Shown here: positions 21,487 through 35,446 of the stretch, piece by piece
How the letters are laid out: each line of letters starts with the position of its first letter
Position numbering within the stretch: the first letter of the stretch is position 1
Assembly (NCBI GenBank): GCA_964057225.1
Contig: OZ059895.1
Span: forward strand, 15,066,001 to 15,130,000
Direction of reading: 5' to 3'
Length of the DNA stretch: 64,000 nucleotides
Origin: Auanema rhodensis
Taxonomy: Eukaryota > Animalia > Nematoda
Notes under the pieces: model-generated
What the model was told of the DNA's origin: nothing
Database searches by the model: none
Seen by the model: only the letters and a program-made list of their open reading frames with translations
Position numbers and translations under genes: made by a program

Positions 21487-23906
21487 CTAGAAAACTTTAG
21501 TGGTGTACACTCGGCAATCAACAGCCCCGTCAGTAGTTTCAATTTCAAGTTCCTTCAGAAATTCTTGTAATTCGTTACCTTCGAATGCAAGAAGTTCATC
21601 AATCTTTACAATAGGGTAAGTTGGGCGATAACTAAAACATACTCCGTATTCATGCTCAAAATATGAAGAACTTACGCTTGGAATATTGCCTTTAAAGCTC
21701 GTTTTCGTTCTCGCTCCACAAACAAATCCATTATAAAAGCTGACATTTTCGGAGCATCCTAAGAACATGAGAGATTAAACGAATAAATAGCAAAACACTC
21801 ACTTTAAACAGTCGGAAGAACTTCACATAATTTCCAACAGCGACCGCCTCTCTCACTTGCATAGCAAACTGGACACAGCTATCTCTTCGCAAAGTTGGTG
21901 TGAGCTCTACAACGTTTTATTATTGTTAAATATGTTGAATAAATTATTTTACCTTTCAATAATGTTGAGATATCTAATGTTTTAGACATAGAAACATAAT
22001 AAAGAAGGCGATAAGCCACAAATTCAGCTTGATTAGGACAATCATCTACTTCGGAATATAATAATTTCAGCTGACTTTGACACTTAAAAAAAGAAAAAAT
22101 AATTAGAGAATAAAGAAATACAACAACTAACCTTATTAAACTCTTCTCTATCTTTATATTCTAAAGATATACGTGCATTTATTTCATATACCATAACTGT
22201 GAAGCTATTTCTTACCCGTTGAACAGTGAGATCTTGTCTGTAAAATTATATTCCGAATTAAAAGAAGGAAAGAAAAGGGAATTACCTAATTGAACGAAGT
22301 TGGTCAATAAGATACATATATTCTTTTTTACTCCGGTATTTTTCTTTAACGTTTTCTAAAGCTTTTTCTAAAACCTCAGGAGGTCGTACGAGACTAGGAT
22401 CAGGAGCCTACAGAACAAGAAATTCATAAAGAGATATAAGCGTAAAGGTGACTTACAGCAGTTAATCTGAAAAATTTCTTCTCGATATCTTGGCATGTTC
22501 CCTTTATAACTTGTCCTTTCATAATATGCCTAGAAGTAGTAGCTGTAGGTGTAGTAAGTTGGTAATCTTTTTCAAAGCGTCGAGCTCGCTCCTCACGCCT
22601 AAACAGGTTAAGATGAGATAAATCAAGAATACGTTGAAACATGCCTCGTTTCATCATCTTTGACCTGCCATTTTTCAATTTTCTAAAACACAAAGTTTTA
22701 TGATTAGAGCCTAAAGCTTTAGACTTTACCTTGTTTTTCTTATTTTTATTTTCCATCTGTCTCTTCATCTTTTCTAACTTCTTTTCCTTTTTAGTTTTCT
22801 TCTTTAACTGAAATATCATATATGCTAACCACAACTACACAGGTGATTCATAGATCAATAAAAAATGTGCAAAACCTGTAAAACACTATTATCCGAATCT
22901 GAACTCGAACTACGACGCCCTCTTTTCCCCCCACTTGATACTGGAGAGGGACTACGCCTTTTTTGTTTATTTCCAACAACTGAATTTGTTTTGTTACGCT
23001 CAGCAGCGGGAATCCACAGTGCAGCGGGAAGTTGGTAATTCTTCTCGTGCGGCAATGGTTCTCGGTCCCAATTTACGGCCCGAATAGAACCAGCTTGAAT
23101 CAAAGGACGTAATCTCTTCTCCAGATACTCCCCAACTTTTTTCCTGTCTTCTTCAGTTTGTGTTGCAAGAAAAGCTCTTTGAACATATCGTCTGAAACCA
23201 ACCGTATAGCATGTGCTTCTCTTTCAAATGACTTACTCAGCATTTTCTGGAATGTTTCCAAATGGAGTTGGAACTCCTGAAGACATAGTTGGTGGGCCGG
23301 TAGAAAGACCAGGAAGGGGTACTTTACCAGGATTGAAATTACAATTTAGAGGGCCCTTGCCAGCATTTAATGCAAAAGGTTGAAACTTTTGATGATGTGG
23401 TTTAGGTGTCCACTGCTTCTGGCCATTACCATGCCAAGCATTATTTTGCTGATTTGGCCAACGATTTTGTGGTGTCTGTGGTCCTTTATTCTGCCAAGGC
23501 TGTTTGGCCTGGTTAGGGGTACCCCATTGATTATTTTGATTATTCCATTGACCCACTGCAGGCTGTGGAATAACTCCTACAGCTGCAGTTCCGTATGTTG
23601 GAGGAAATGAACCATAAGGCAGAGCCGATCCAAACGGTAATCCATACTGCTGCCCACCTGCCCACTGTTGTTGAACTTGAGGAGCTTTGTTATTGATGTT
23701 TTGCTAAAGATATTTTTGGAAAATATTTACTTCTTCATGTGCATACCTGCTTGAGCGCTTCTAACGCTTTTGCCCAAGCAGCTTGATCTCCAGTAGGATT
23801 CGTTTGCTCGCCACTTGGTGGGAGCGGTATTGAAGATAACTCACCTCTATAACACATTCGAAAATATAGGAAATTAAGCTCGCAAAACTCACGAGTCCGT
23901 GTCCAT
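21487..23906 (-). CDS. LENG8/THP3-like SAC3/GANP-PCI domain protein (mRNA processing/export)
   Basis: Starts MDTDS..., followed by [11 protein letters not shown] and a Q/N/W-rich region. Core reads [38 protein letters not shown]...[36 protein letters not shown]...[14 protein letters not shown], typical of LENG8/Thp3. Ends ...VYTTKVF*. Confidence 0.87.
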
Positions 23907-24686
23907 TGGAATTTTTGAAATTAAATAACTGATTTAGGAATAAATAGAAATTTTAGCCGAAAAAAATTACCTAAAACGAAATGTTCTTAATTTCTATTTC
24001 TAAACTATACTATTGATTCATTAAGACATTTCTAACATATTTGAACAATCATTTCATCTCAAAGAAAATTTTTAATTGCATTATAGTAATTTCAATTGTA
24101 TACAGAAACTAAATTTTTCTTTAATTAAGAATCGAAAATACATCGATAAATACAGCTAAGAGCAAACGTTTAGCAAGTTAGTGTTTTTGACTTGAACAAG
24201 ACTAGTCGAAATAATCGTTGCGGGACCAATATAGTATTATACGAGACAAACATCAATATAAGAGAATTAGAGAAACATAAAGTTCTAAAAACAAATTCGA
24301 ATATGGAAATGTAACATTGTAATCTTATTAAAGTTATTGCGAAATTGAATGAAATAATAATTTTCTATTCATAAACGCCGAAAACTAAAATTATTGATTT
24401 CATCGATTTTGACAAGAGCGGTTGTTTACAATATGATAGTTGTTTGAGATAAAGAATGCAATGATTTGAATCATCAATTCATAAATAATAATTTCTGTGG
24501 AACTTGGTTTTTCTCTTTTCATTTCAAATTGAAAAGTTTTCTTATTTATTTTGGATTCAGATACATTTTATAAAATTTATTTGCATTTTTACACTAAAAA
24601 TTGTGATATGTTAGTGACAGTATATGTTGGAAATTCAACAATATACCAGTAAAAAGCTGCTAAAACACTAGATTCTTGTCAGTTGA

Positions 24687-26846
24687 TCACAAACAAAATG
24701 TTTCAGTCATTTGTGTATGTCCATCATACAACAGTGTATTATGTAGAGGTACATATTGATTTGTGGCCAATTTAATAACTTCTTGTGCGGCGATACCTGA
24801 AACATTAAAACATTCTGATTACTTCATTCATGTTATGTTATTACCGCCTATTAAAGCAGCAATAACATGCGGCTCTGCAGCTCCGTATCGGCAGATTTCT
24901 TCTATAGCAATTGAAGGAATTTTATTGAAAACTGTATCCTTTTCTTCACACTGTAAGATCATGTAATGCAATTGTGACAAACTAGGAAATATTCACCGTG
25001 GATTCATTGATGAGAACTTTGATTCGTTGCTTCAAATCAAAAGCATCAATAGTCCATGGAACTCCGTTAGTTCCTGGGTATCTAAGATGAATCTAATTTT
25101 TTTGAACGATATGAATTCAAACCTTAGTTTTTGAACTGAGAATAAATCAGATGCTTTTAGTAGTAGAAGCCACATAGATAATGTCACTTCTCCATTACCA
25201 ACTTCACTATCAGCAATATTTTGTATTATATTCTGAATTAAGTTATCATTTAAAAAGAAATTATAATGCTGATTACATTAAAATTTTCCTTTTCGAGTGG
25301 AGATCCATGCATAACCTTTATTTTAGCGGCATTTTTGCAGAAGTTATAGCATTGTTGGGCATTTATCATGTCTCCAACATCTAAAATAAAACCTGTTATG
25401 GGAATGTCTCAAATATCGGTTATACCTCTCTCTGATTCAACTTCCTTGGTTAGTTCAAAGACCTCATTAGCATCTAGTACAGCCTTCTCATGATAAATAG
25501 AAGCTAGCTTAGTGTACCTAGCACAAGAGATTTCAGATAAGTTGCTCGCGATATATTTTGATAAATTACCTAACACTGTCACTTGTCATATCTGGCAGAC
25601 CTCCGGACAATGGTAAAAGTTCATGTCTCTCGACAAACCGTCGTAGAGCTGTACAGATGATCCAAAAAGGTTCCTGACACTTAGAGCTTGGTTCACATTT
25701 TGGATTTTTAAGTATATCTTGCACATTTTGTGGAATCTAGAAAGTCTGAGATTCCGAGAATATCGCTTATATAAAGAATACGTACAGTAGTCTGTTGAAC
25801 ACTTCGATGTAAAACATTTTTGGCTTCGTCAAAATTATCGAAGATAGTGTTTTCAGTGGACAAGGAGTTTCGTATTTGCCAGAGCGTTTCTAGGAATTGT
25901 TTACGATCAGCAAAAGTTTTTGGAAAAGCTTGTTGATCCCCAAGAATCTGAATTAGATAAGAGATATCCTGGTAACAGAAAAAGGAGTTACTGACATATC
26001 TATACTCTTGGAGAGCTTTAAAGTAAAGAAGAAGATAGGGAGTATGTCTAGCATCGTCCAGGCTCATATCAGTAATGGAAGAAGAATCAACTACAAATTG
26101 AATTAAAGAATCGAACGGAACGTCCAATCTAAATTTTCTCTTTAGTAGGATTTTCTTCGGAAACTGTGAAATACCTGAGATCTGGTCTTAGATGTTCATC
26201 GTGGTTGTTAGCTATCGTATGCTCACATACAGAAATTCTTATATATCCAAGTAGACCATATGTTCTAGAACAATATCATGTTGGTTAAGTTTTAAAAGTT
26301 CCTAGATGTTGAGGCTAACCTTGCTACTATAAAGGGAACATTTGCTGGGAATAAACGATTTGATATTCTCTCAGAAATTTTGTCAGAAATGTTGGTAGCG
26401 ACAACTACCGAGAAAGATAAAAGCTTTTCAAGAGTTTCATCTTTAACATCACTTGGAGATTGAATAATATATTCACTAACAACAGTTTGTCGTAACTCCT
26501 GAAACAAAAAGGAAAACTCAGATTAAAAACAGCTTAACAGACCTTCAAGTACTGGCTAACTACCTCTGCTCGGCTTTTACCTATTTCACTTTTAGTCACG
26601 AAAAAGCTCTGACCTACATCCGTAGTTGTAACAACTGCATCATCTATGACACAGAAACTTTTGATTCCAGCCAAAACCAAGCTTTTCAGGATTTCCGACG
26701 CTAAATAGCTCAGTTATATACTCAAATTCTATTGTTGTCCTACCTAAAGCTGATGATCCCAAGACACAAACTGATGCGTTTTCGATAGAAGCTTGGCCTT
26801 CTTCGCCCCATAAACGAAGTTGTCGATCATACAGCAGGTCTTTCAT
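24687..26846 (-). CDS. ula-1: NEDD8-activating enzyme E1 regulatory subunit (NAE1/APP-BP1)
   Basis: N-terminus MKDLLYDRQLRLWGEEGQASIENASVCVLGSSALASEILKSLVLAGI; internal HTPYLLLYFKAL; C-terminus EICRYGAAEPHVIAALIGG..AQEVIKLATNQYVPLHNTLLYDGHTQMTETFCL*. Short GT-AG introns. Confidence 0.93.
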
Positions 26847-27064
26847 CCTAATTTATATGTAGAATGAAGAGAATTATTTCAAAAACATAGAAATATATAA
26901 TGAAATAAGAACAAGTTAAATATATAAAAATTGGAAAAAATTCATACAAATATTTAATTATTTCATAGAAATAAGGCAATAAGAAGTTTTTTACCAGCAC
27001 ACAAGTTACCCAGTAACTATAAAATATTTATGAATTCTATATAAACTTAAAAAAATTCTCAAAT

Positions 27065-27982
27065 TTAAACACTTTTATCTTGCAACTTCTTTCTGGTCCA
27101 TTTTTGAGAGGTAAAGGTTTGGGGACGTAAGTAAACCAACTCATCTTTTCCATTTTTCATACAAACATATCGCCCCAGAACAAAGAGTAAATCACTCATT
27201 CTTTAAAATATATTAGTTTGCATCATTGTATAAGCATGATGTTACAAACCTATTCAAGAACTTAAGAGCTTGCTTATCAACCTGTTCATCTCGTACTAAT
27301 GGGACCAAGCTTCTCTCAGCTCTACGACATACAGAACGTGCATATTGTATCGCGGCGGAAGTTTCTCCTCCTCCCTTAAATATATGAAACTTCAATTTGT
27401 ATTAATAACAAAAAAATAATTTACGGAGAGAATAAATTGACGAATAGGAGGGATTTGATCACCAAATCTGTCGACTTCATTATGAATCCAATCGACCATT
27501 TCTTTATCGATATAGGTCAAGTCTGAAAACAAATGTACTTACAAAGGGCATGTGAGAACGTGAAACTTTGTTTTCGTTGTGTTGAATTTGGTGGGGTGGC
27601 CACATGTGCTCCCACATCTTGAAGACAACATTGAAGTCTTGTTAAAACTTCCGTTACTTCAGGAATACCGTCTTTCTCAGCTTTTGCTCCACAAACTCTT
27701 AAAAGTGTTAATGAACGATAGCTCAGCATGATGTTTGCAAACCCCAACAATGATGAAAGCTCATCAGTAGCTCCTAGTGCTGTGAAAGCATCATTATCCT
27801 TCCATCTGCGTTCATTGTTGAAAAGAGAAGATTTACCAGAATCTCCAGTTCCTCTTCCTGTGAAACTTGAGTTGCAACTATGTAAGTTCAAATAACGGAC
27901 CTTGCTTAAAACCGGCTAAGTTTACTGAACTTACGCGATAAGTTCTAGAAAATACAGACCATACGGCTTGAACTCGATTCAT
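27065..27982 (-). CDS. mmab-1: ATP:cob(I)alamin adenosyltransferase (MMAB/PduO type) with a putative mitochondrial transit peptide
   Basis: [66 protein letters not shown]...LQCCLQDVGAHVATP...FILSGGGETSAAIQYARSVCRRAERSLV...LKFLNRMSDLLFVLGRY. Confidence 0.94.
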
Positions 27983-28460
27983 TATTACTGTGATAAAAAA
28001 AACAAAATTTCCATAAATTTGGTTACATGTTAATGAAAATACAAATGGCTAATCCACATACTTCATTGTTTCTTTCAAAAATATAAATTTATGCTCAAAA
28101 ATAAGACAACCCGTATATGGTAATAAGTGCAATAATATAAATAATAACGAAATCGTCGTCCTATAAGATAAAAAGAGCTTTGATTAAAGAAGAAAACAAA
28201 TCATTTTTTTCGAAACAGGTGATTAACGAGTGATGCCGAGACCAGCTCATGATGATGAATGTGTTTAGATCTCTAAAAACAGATCATTCTTATTTACAGA
28301 AGTACAAGAGGTGTATTTGGAGAAGGTGTGAGTGAGTACATTTGATGTTATGAGGTAGACATAAATAGATAGAACAATAATTTAAATCATACTAATTGTA
28401 ACAGCAGTTGTCAGCAGTTCTCTCATGGTACACGAAAAATTGAGATCTTGTATGAGAATA

Positions 28461-31400
28461 CTAATTAAGAGTTCCTCTACAGTTTGGTGCATTGCATAAA
28501 CAATCTATCTTATCATCTTCAATTGGGAATTTATAATCATATGTTATTTCATCTCCCTGAAAATATGAAAATTTAAATAAATTTCCCTGAAAAAGAGAAT
28601 TAATTACCTTATTTATTAACGTTTTACTATAAATTACAATGCGTTTGTCTCCATCTACTGTGACTACCTGCAACATGCGTTGTTGAGCTAATTCGGATAA
28701 AACTTCATCCTTACCTTGGCATAGCAGTTAGGCTGACAAGAGTGATTAATAAACCTAGCAAAATTTCCCATCTTAGTTGCATCAATTACAGAGTTTTCAT
28801 CAATTCTGAACAAGTAACTACTTCCTATTCCTCTTCTCTCGTATTGCTTTTCTCGCTCATCTGCCACCAAGGATCGAATCTAGAAAAGCCAAATATATTA
28901 AGAATCGCTGTTGCAGACATTCACACCTTTTGACCAACATATTCAATGATCATATCATCTGGAGCAATAGGTTCAAGTGCATACAATCCCCAACCGTGAA
29001 TACGAGATCGAGCAAATTTGATAACTTTTTTGCGATACTTGAGTTGATTAACTTTGAAGAAATCGGCGTTAGTATCTCCCATAGTAGTAAGTAATCTTCG
29101 ATGCAACATTCTACTCTCTTTATTCTGTTGTACTTGATGTCGAGCTGTAGCCTCATCCTATAAAGAGTTAGCATATTATAATAAGACATAAGTAAACTCT
29201 TACTCTTTCACTGATGTCAGTCTTATCTTGATGAACATCCTCAGGTCTCCTAATAAGAGATCTCTTTTGTTTCATGGACATTTTGAAATATCCAATAGCT
29301 CTGGCTGATCCCTTCTCATTTGGAAGAATGCCATCAAGTTCTTCATCATCATAATACCGCTCTATTCTTCTAACCACGATTTTCTTCTTCTACAATGAAT
29401 CAATAGTAATGCGAAATTGAAAATAGAGTTATACCAATAGTTTCGGAGGAGCATCATATCCAACTGGAGCAAATGGAACACGACGCTTCCAAGGAGGTGC
29501 CGGACCGTTTTCAGGTTGCATTTCTTTAAGAGCTTGCTCAATAAATTTCTGATCTTCGAAATCGAAACATCCCTAAACTCTAGATAAGCAAAAAAATCTC
29601 AAGGTCGGTAATACCTCCCAATTGAATATAATTTTTTTCTTTTCAGCCAAATTGCGTTCTGTGAAGGTGATTTTAGGTTTTTGTTTTATATCCCTGAAAG
29701 TAATTGAAATTTAAGTAAAAAGTTGTAAGAAGCAGAACTACCTTTGAGATGATGGAGGCAGTAAAGAAGCTAATTCATTCTTTCTTCCTACAGGTGGTTT
29801 AGAAGGTATAACTTTCTTTGCCGGTACAGGTAGCTTTTTGGCTTCAAACACGACTCCAGGAATTTTGGGAGGAGGCGGTACCTACAATAACAAAGTAAGA
29901 AATCATTTTCAAAGATAATAAACATACTCGATTGATATTATAATAACAATGTTCAGTGAGATGAGCATGATACTCAGAGCGAGTCATTGTTTCACAAGCT
30001 TCTGGTAGCAGCCCGATATCGAGAGTAGCCGCAGGCCATTCATACGTGGGAGCTTTGATGGGCTGAAAAATAAATCATATTCAGAAAAAAATTAGAATAG
30101 CGTACTTCTGGTTCAGGAGCTTGTGGTGTAGCGGGAGATTTTTTAGAAATAGAATCACATACTGGAGTTCTACAACTTTCATTATCAGAAGATATGGCTG
30201 CACTATCTGAAATTGAAAGTTAAGAAATGTGATAGCGATAGAAACTGATATACCCAAGGTTTCAGAAGATGAGACATTCTCCTTATCGGAAAATGCATCA
30301 CTCTCGGCAGATGAAATAGAGCTAAATATCACAAAAATCGGAATCAAAAAGTTCTGGAATGTAGCATACCTTGTCTCCGGTAATCTGTTCCTCGCTCTTT
30401 TGGCGGAAGGTAGTACTATGGAATCAGAGTCAGAAGAGTGTTTCGATCTGATATTTGAAAATTTATATAATAATAACAAAAAATGTTCTTACGAGCTTGG
30501 ACCTGCATCTTCTTCAGACGATTCAGAAGAATACGCACTGTGATCAGAGACACTCCCAGTCAACGGCTTAGGCTTTTGTTCAACAACTTCTTTCTATAAT
30601 CATAACAATAAAACAAGAAATGAAAATAAAAATTTACCTTGTGATAAGTGAACTTCTTGGGAATAGAAAAGGCTGGCAGCTAAAAAAATATAATTTTATA
30701 TTGCGAAATAAGTTTTCGGAAAAAATTAAACCTGCTCTCTCTGATATACTCTTAAAACTCTGGGACGATCATTCCTTTTGAGTAATGAAGGAACATAAAC
30801 GCATCGCATAGTTATTTTTATTTAATTCAAAGCTCTCAAAGAAATCATTCTAATCAGAATGATTAAACAATTTATCGAATTTTACCCCAAGCCAGATGTC
30901 GCGCGCGAAATTCAAAAATAGCTCGACCGATAATATCAAAAGAGGCCGAATATTATATGGATTTAAAGCTTCGTTTATGAATATATTTCAAGTTTTAAGA
31001 AGTCTATAAATTGAAAACATACGATTTTTGCTTCTTGTGGTTTCTCAGGGGAAGTTTTGATGCTGTCCTGAGAAGCTCGAAGGGCAGCAATGGCCTTGAA
31101 TGAATTATATTAAAATTTGAAGAAAATTTTAAATATTTCTACTTGATTCTTCTTTTCTTCTTCCATTGCAGCTCTTCTGGATTGCCAGAAGACTTCCATG
31201 TGCTGGAACGCATGTGTTTGCAACTTGTTTTGTAAATCCTTAATAAGAACAACACAAAGTTCCTTCCGAAGGTCATTCTCAATGCCATGGCACAAAGTCT
31301 CGATAGTATGCTTCTGAAAACAGTCTCACACATATTTAAAAATCAAAACGTGCATTCACTACCATCTGTAATTCCGAATCCAATTGACTATTCTCTTCAA

Positions 31401-34400
31401 CGGGAGCTGCACTCATAGATGTTGGAGATCTATCTGAATCCATATCAACATCCATATCTTCAACTTGATTTTCATAGTGGTCTTCCCTGAAATCATTATT
31501 TTATACAAGTTCAGTTGTTTCTTTATACCGTTTGATAGAAAACTCTTCTGGGCTCGTATCTTCAGCTTTTGATCCAAATAAGCTAGCTAGACGATCTTCT
31601 AAAGAAGGCTTTTCAGGTGGAGGACTTTCGAAGAATCGAAGTCCTACCGGCGGCACTGTGGGAGTTGCGGTTGTAGGCACATGATTAAACTATAAGCTCA
31701 ATAATAATTTTTGTATATGTATGATGTCAACTTACAATTGGCGGAGGAGTAGTGAAGGGAGGTAATAAGGTAGGTGGAGGCACATGGAAAGGAATTATAG
31801 GAGGAGGCTGATGGGGATTGAACACAGGAATCATCGGTGGGGGTGCTATCATTACAGGAGGAACAATGGGATGTGGGGGATGTGGAGGATGAGGGGGGTG
31901 TGGAGGATGATGGAGATCAGGAACTGACGTAGATTGAGCAGAGGAAGATTCTTTGGCGGACCCCACACCAAAGCCGGGTAAATGAGGAGGGGCTTCTCGT
32001 TTCTTCTAAAAAATGAATTAAACTGAAGAAATTTTTAAGTTATATACTCTCTCAGATGTCTTATGTCGCCTTCGTCGACGATCATCTTCACTATCAGATG
32101 ATGAACTACTCCAACGATGATCTTGTTTTTTTCTTAAAATTTTCAAAATTAGGAATGATTCAGAATACAAAAAATCTCACTTGTCTTTATGCTGTTCTCG
32201 CTCACTATCATCATCACTGCTAATATTCTGTAACCCGGATGAACTAGCCTATAACAAAGAAATATCATAAGAAAATCACTGATAGCTGCTTACTCTTGTA
32301 TCACTTCGTTTCGATTCTTTTCTCTTATAAGTGACTGTTTTTATCTTTTTTTCAACAATTTCGCCTTCTTTAGCTCGAGTATATTTAAGACTAAAAATAA
32401 ATTTTATAAAGTAAAAAAGAATGACCAACGAACCTTTTTTCCTTCTTTTCAACGGTTAAATAACCAGAACCTGAGTAAGAACTACTCTCACTTGACGAGG
32501 ATCGAGAATCTGATGATTGTCTGAAAGAAAACACATCAATGCGGAAATGTACTTAATGCTCTTACCGGCTTCTTCTTTTCTTTCGCCTGGAACGATTCTC
32601 TCTGCTACGTCGACGATCCGGTGATCTTGAAGCAGTGGAATTTTTAGAAAAACTATCCCCTTCTGAAACAAGATTTTTGAATTAAAAGCTAGCTTAAAGT
32701 AAATATTACCGTATGGGGGTGGAGGGCCATTATATTGAGTTTGTAAAACACTTGGAGGCAGAGAATTATAGGGTGGTGGATTACGATAATCTAAAAGCAT
32801 ATTATAAAACAAGTAAAACATAAAAAAGCCAATTGCATGCTGCAGCCACATAAAAGGTGATGAAAAAGACAAACAAAAGTCGAAACTCATACCATATCTA
32901 TACCTTTGAGAACGATAGTATTTGTATTTGGGAAATTTGGAATCAAAATATTTTCTTTCGCTTCTGTTTCTCTTTGGTTTCAAAGAATCTCGGTAACGAG
33001 GTGAATATGTTCGGTAAAACCTTCTTCGATATTGCGGTGAAACTAAGCACATATAGACATTCACATGCATTACAAGCTAATACTAGGAAATATATACACA
33101 AAACTACTATGGAAAGCAAGCATAATTAAAAACTTTAACAAACCTGAACGTTCCTCAAACGATTTACTTGTTGACTCTAAAATTATTTATTTATATTTGC
33201 TAACAATTTCTATTTAAACGAACCCTTCACGCTTTCATTTTCGATCACAGGTTTAGCTTCTTCTGTCGAAGATTCAAATGAAAAGGTAGGTCTAAAAGCA
33301 ATTTTTATAGAATAACCGGTTAAAACTTGAATGTTATAATACCTTGAAACAGGCATAGGTGGAGGTGAAGGAGTTCTAGGAGCTTTAGGGCGTACCGGCT
33401 CTGGCTCTATGTCAGGAGAATTTTGTAACTCCATATCCATATCCAAAAATGAGCTGTTATATCCTGATACGGTTGGTCGTTGTTTTTCATCTGAAAGTAT
33501 TTATTAAGTCGAAGAACAACCGATCGCATGCGAAATAAATAGAAAAATAAAACCAAATTAATTTGTAGTTGAATTGGTGTGAAACACACGTTGAAAATCA
33601 ATTTAAATAACTAACCATTATCCTGCCTGATCTTAAGTCTACGGCCTTCCAAAACATGAGGTGATAGTTGCTTCAAATGACCTGGTACAGGACATTTCCA
33701 TCCAACCTTTTGCTCATACAACTGACTTAATAAAGCAACTAAAATTTTGAAAATATTAAAAAACATGAACAAAGACAAAATTACAAAAAGGATCCGGAAC
33801 ACATGTAATTGGAATTCCCATTACAGATTTTCCATTATACTGTCTAATGAACGAAAATGCGTCTATAATTAGTAAGAAAATAATAAAAAAGTTGTCATAT
33901 TTAGGTTTACCGGATTCTTCTTTAAAAAATATCGTAGCCATTTGTAAGTGTTTATTCTTGTCCGGATGGAAATAAACATTAGCTTCAACTACTTCACCAA
34001 TTTTACTAAGAAATTAATAAATATAAATATTAAAATTAAATTTAATGTTAATACCTGGCCATATTTTTAAGAAATGAAGTATTAACATTATCATTTAAAT
34101 TAAAAACAGAAACTTCTCTTTTGGGGGGAATTCCCGTGTAGTTATCATCAATCTAAATTGAAAAAAATTAAAAATGTACGTAATGAATTGAATTTTACCA
34201 AAAGATGAGGTACTGGTAAATCTAATGTAGATCTAATACGATGAAAAATTTCATATTTCGGCCTTGGATCAGAAACGTGTACAACATCGCACTAAATGAA
34301 TTTATGAAAAAAATAAAAGAATATAAAATACTTACGCTTGGATTGCCGGGAACTCGACCGTCATAGCGTTTTATATTGGCAGTTCCACCTTTATCTTTAT

Positions 34401-34534
34401 CTTCTATTAACTTATATGCCTTGAAAGTCCTTTCTAAAAATTACAAATTTGTTCAAAAATATATTCATTAGGGTTAACCAACCTGGTTTCGGAGGATGTG
34501 ACGCTCTGTGGTCTCTACTACTCCCAGGTTGCAT
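28461..34534 (-). CDS. set-2: SET1/SETD1 histone H3K4 methyltransferase (COMPASS catalytic subunit); many short exons
   Basis: N-terminal YKLIED..KRYDG motif and RRM ([25 protein letters not shown]). Win-like GSARAIGY. n-SET/SET reads [74 protein letters not shown]. Post-[34 protein letters not shown]. The start codon is less certain than the 3' end. Confidence 0.93.
30901..30916. promoter_or_regulatory. CDE-CHR (E2F/DREAM-type) element in a set-2 intron; candidate internal promoter
   Basis: GCGCGC-GAAA-TTCAAA fits BSSSSS-N4-TTYRAA. It lies ~90 bp upstream (minus strand) of an in-frame ATG at 30809. Confidence 0.55.
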
Positions 34535-35446
34535 ACCAACTGTGATCTAAACCTAACAGCTGAAAATGAAGCTGATAGGTAATTTTCTAAGAGGAACCTG
34601 TTTGTTCGTCATTGTTGAACAACAACAAAATTTAAAAATGAAAAAAGATATTAAAACCATACAAAGAAAATCAAAATTTCTATAAAAAACGCTAAAATTT
34701 GTAAAACCGCCAATTCAAAATTTTAAGAACTTTCGGTACGTGATTTGACGTGAGAACGTTTTACCTCAAAACCCTTGTCGTGTATTAGCGTTGACTTAAC
34801 ATAGCAATTGAGGATTTGGGTTTTTAATTCAAAACAAAAATGATCTGTGAAACTAAATATATCCGAAATAATCATAGTTATTGCTAATTATATAATCTAA
34901 AGTTATATGCACCTGAAAAGATATAACTATAATCCTATAACAATAGCTTATAAATGTTTAATTAGTTTAAATGAACTTATATCAAATAGTGTAATGTTGT
35001 TTTAATAAATTGAATTGATAGAATTATTTTGAAATTTGAATATTCTTCCTTAGCATAACCAGTTTTCTGCCCGAGTACACCTATTACGTAATTATTAAGC
35101 TGAGGTGAGAAATAAGTGCACGCGAATATTACCTGAAGTACCAAAACATTATTGAAACTAATAGAATAATCGAATTATTAACAAATAAAGATTTTTGATT
35201 TCGAAATTAGCTGTTGAATGCAACCGTGTCACGTCTGTGTAAGTGTTTAAATGAAAAGAGTTGAGCTGGTCTATGTTAATTACATGAGATCTAAGTGTAT
35301 GCTAATTATTTTCATATCATGCATTCTCGTTGATTATCCTTTTAATCATCAAATATTTATTCATTTAATATTATTGTTATACATTTGTTTTAATATTAAT
35401 CCAATTATATAAAATACTTTGCACTTTCCGTTGACTCAACAAAGTT

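Noticed and set aside
27065-27982. mmab-1 as a recent bacterial horizontal transfer
   Set aside because: It has spliceosomal introns and a transit-peptide-like N-terminus, and MMAB is a standard animal gene.
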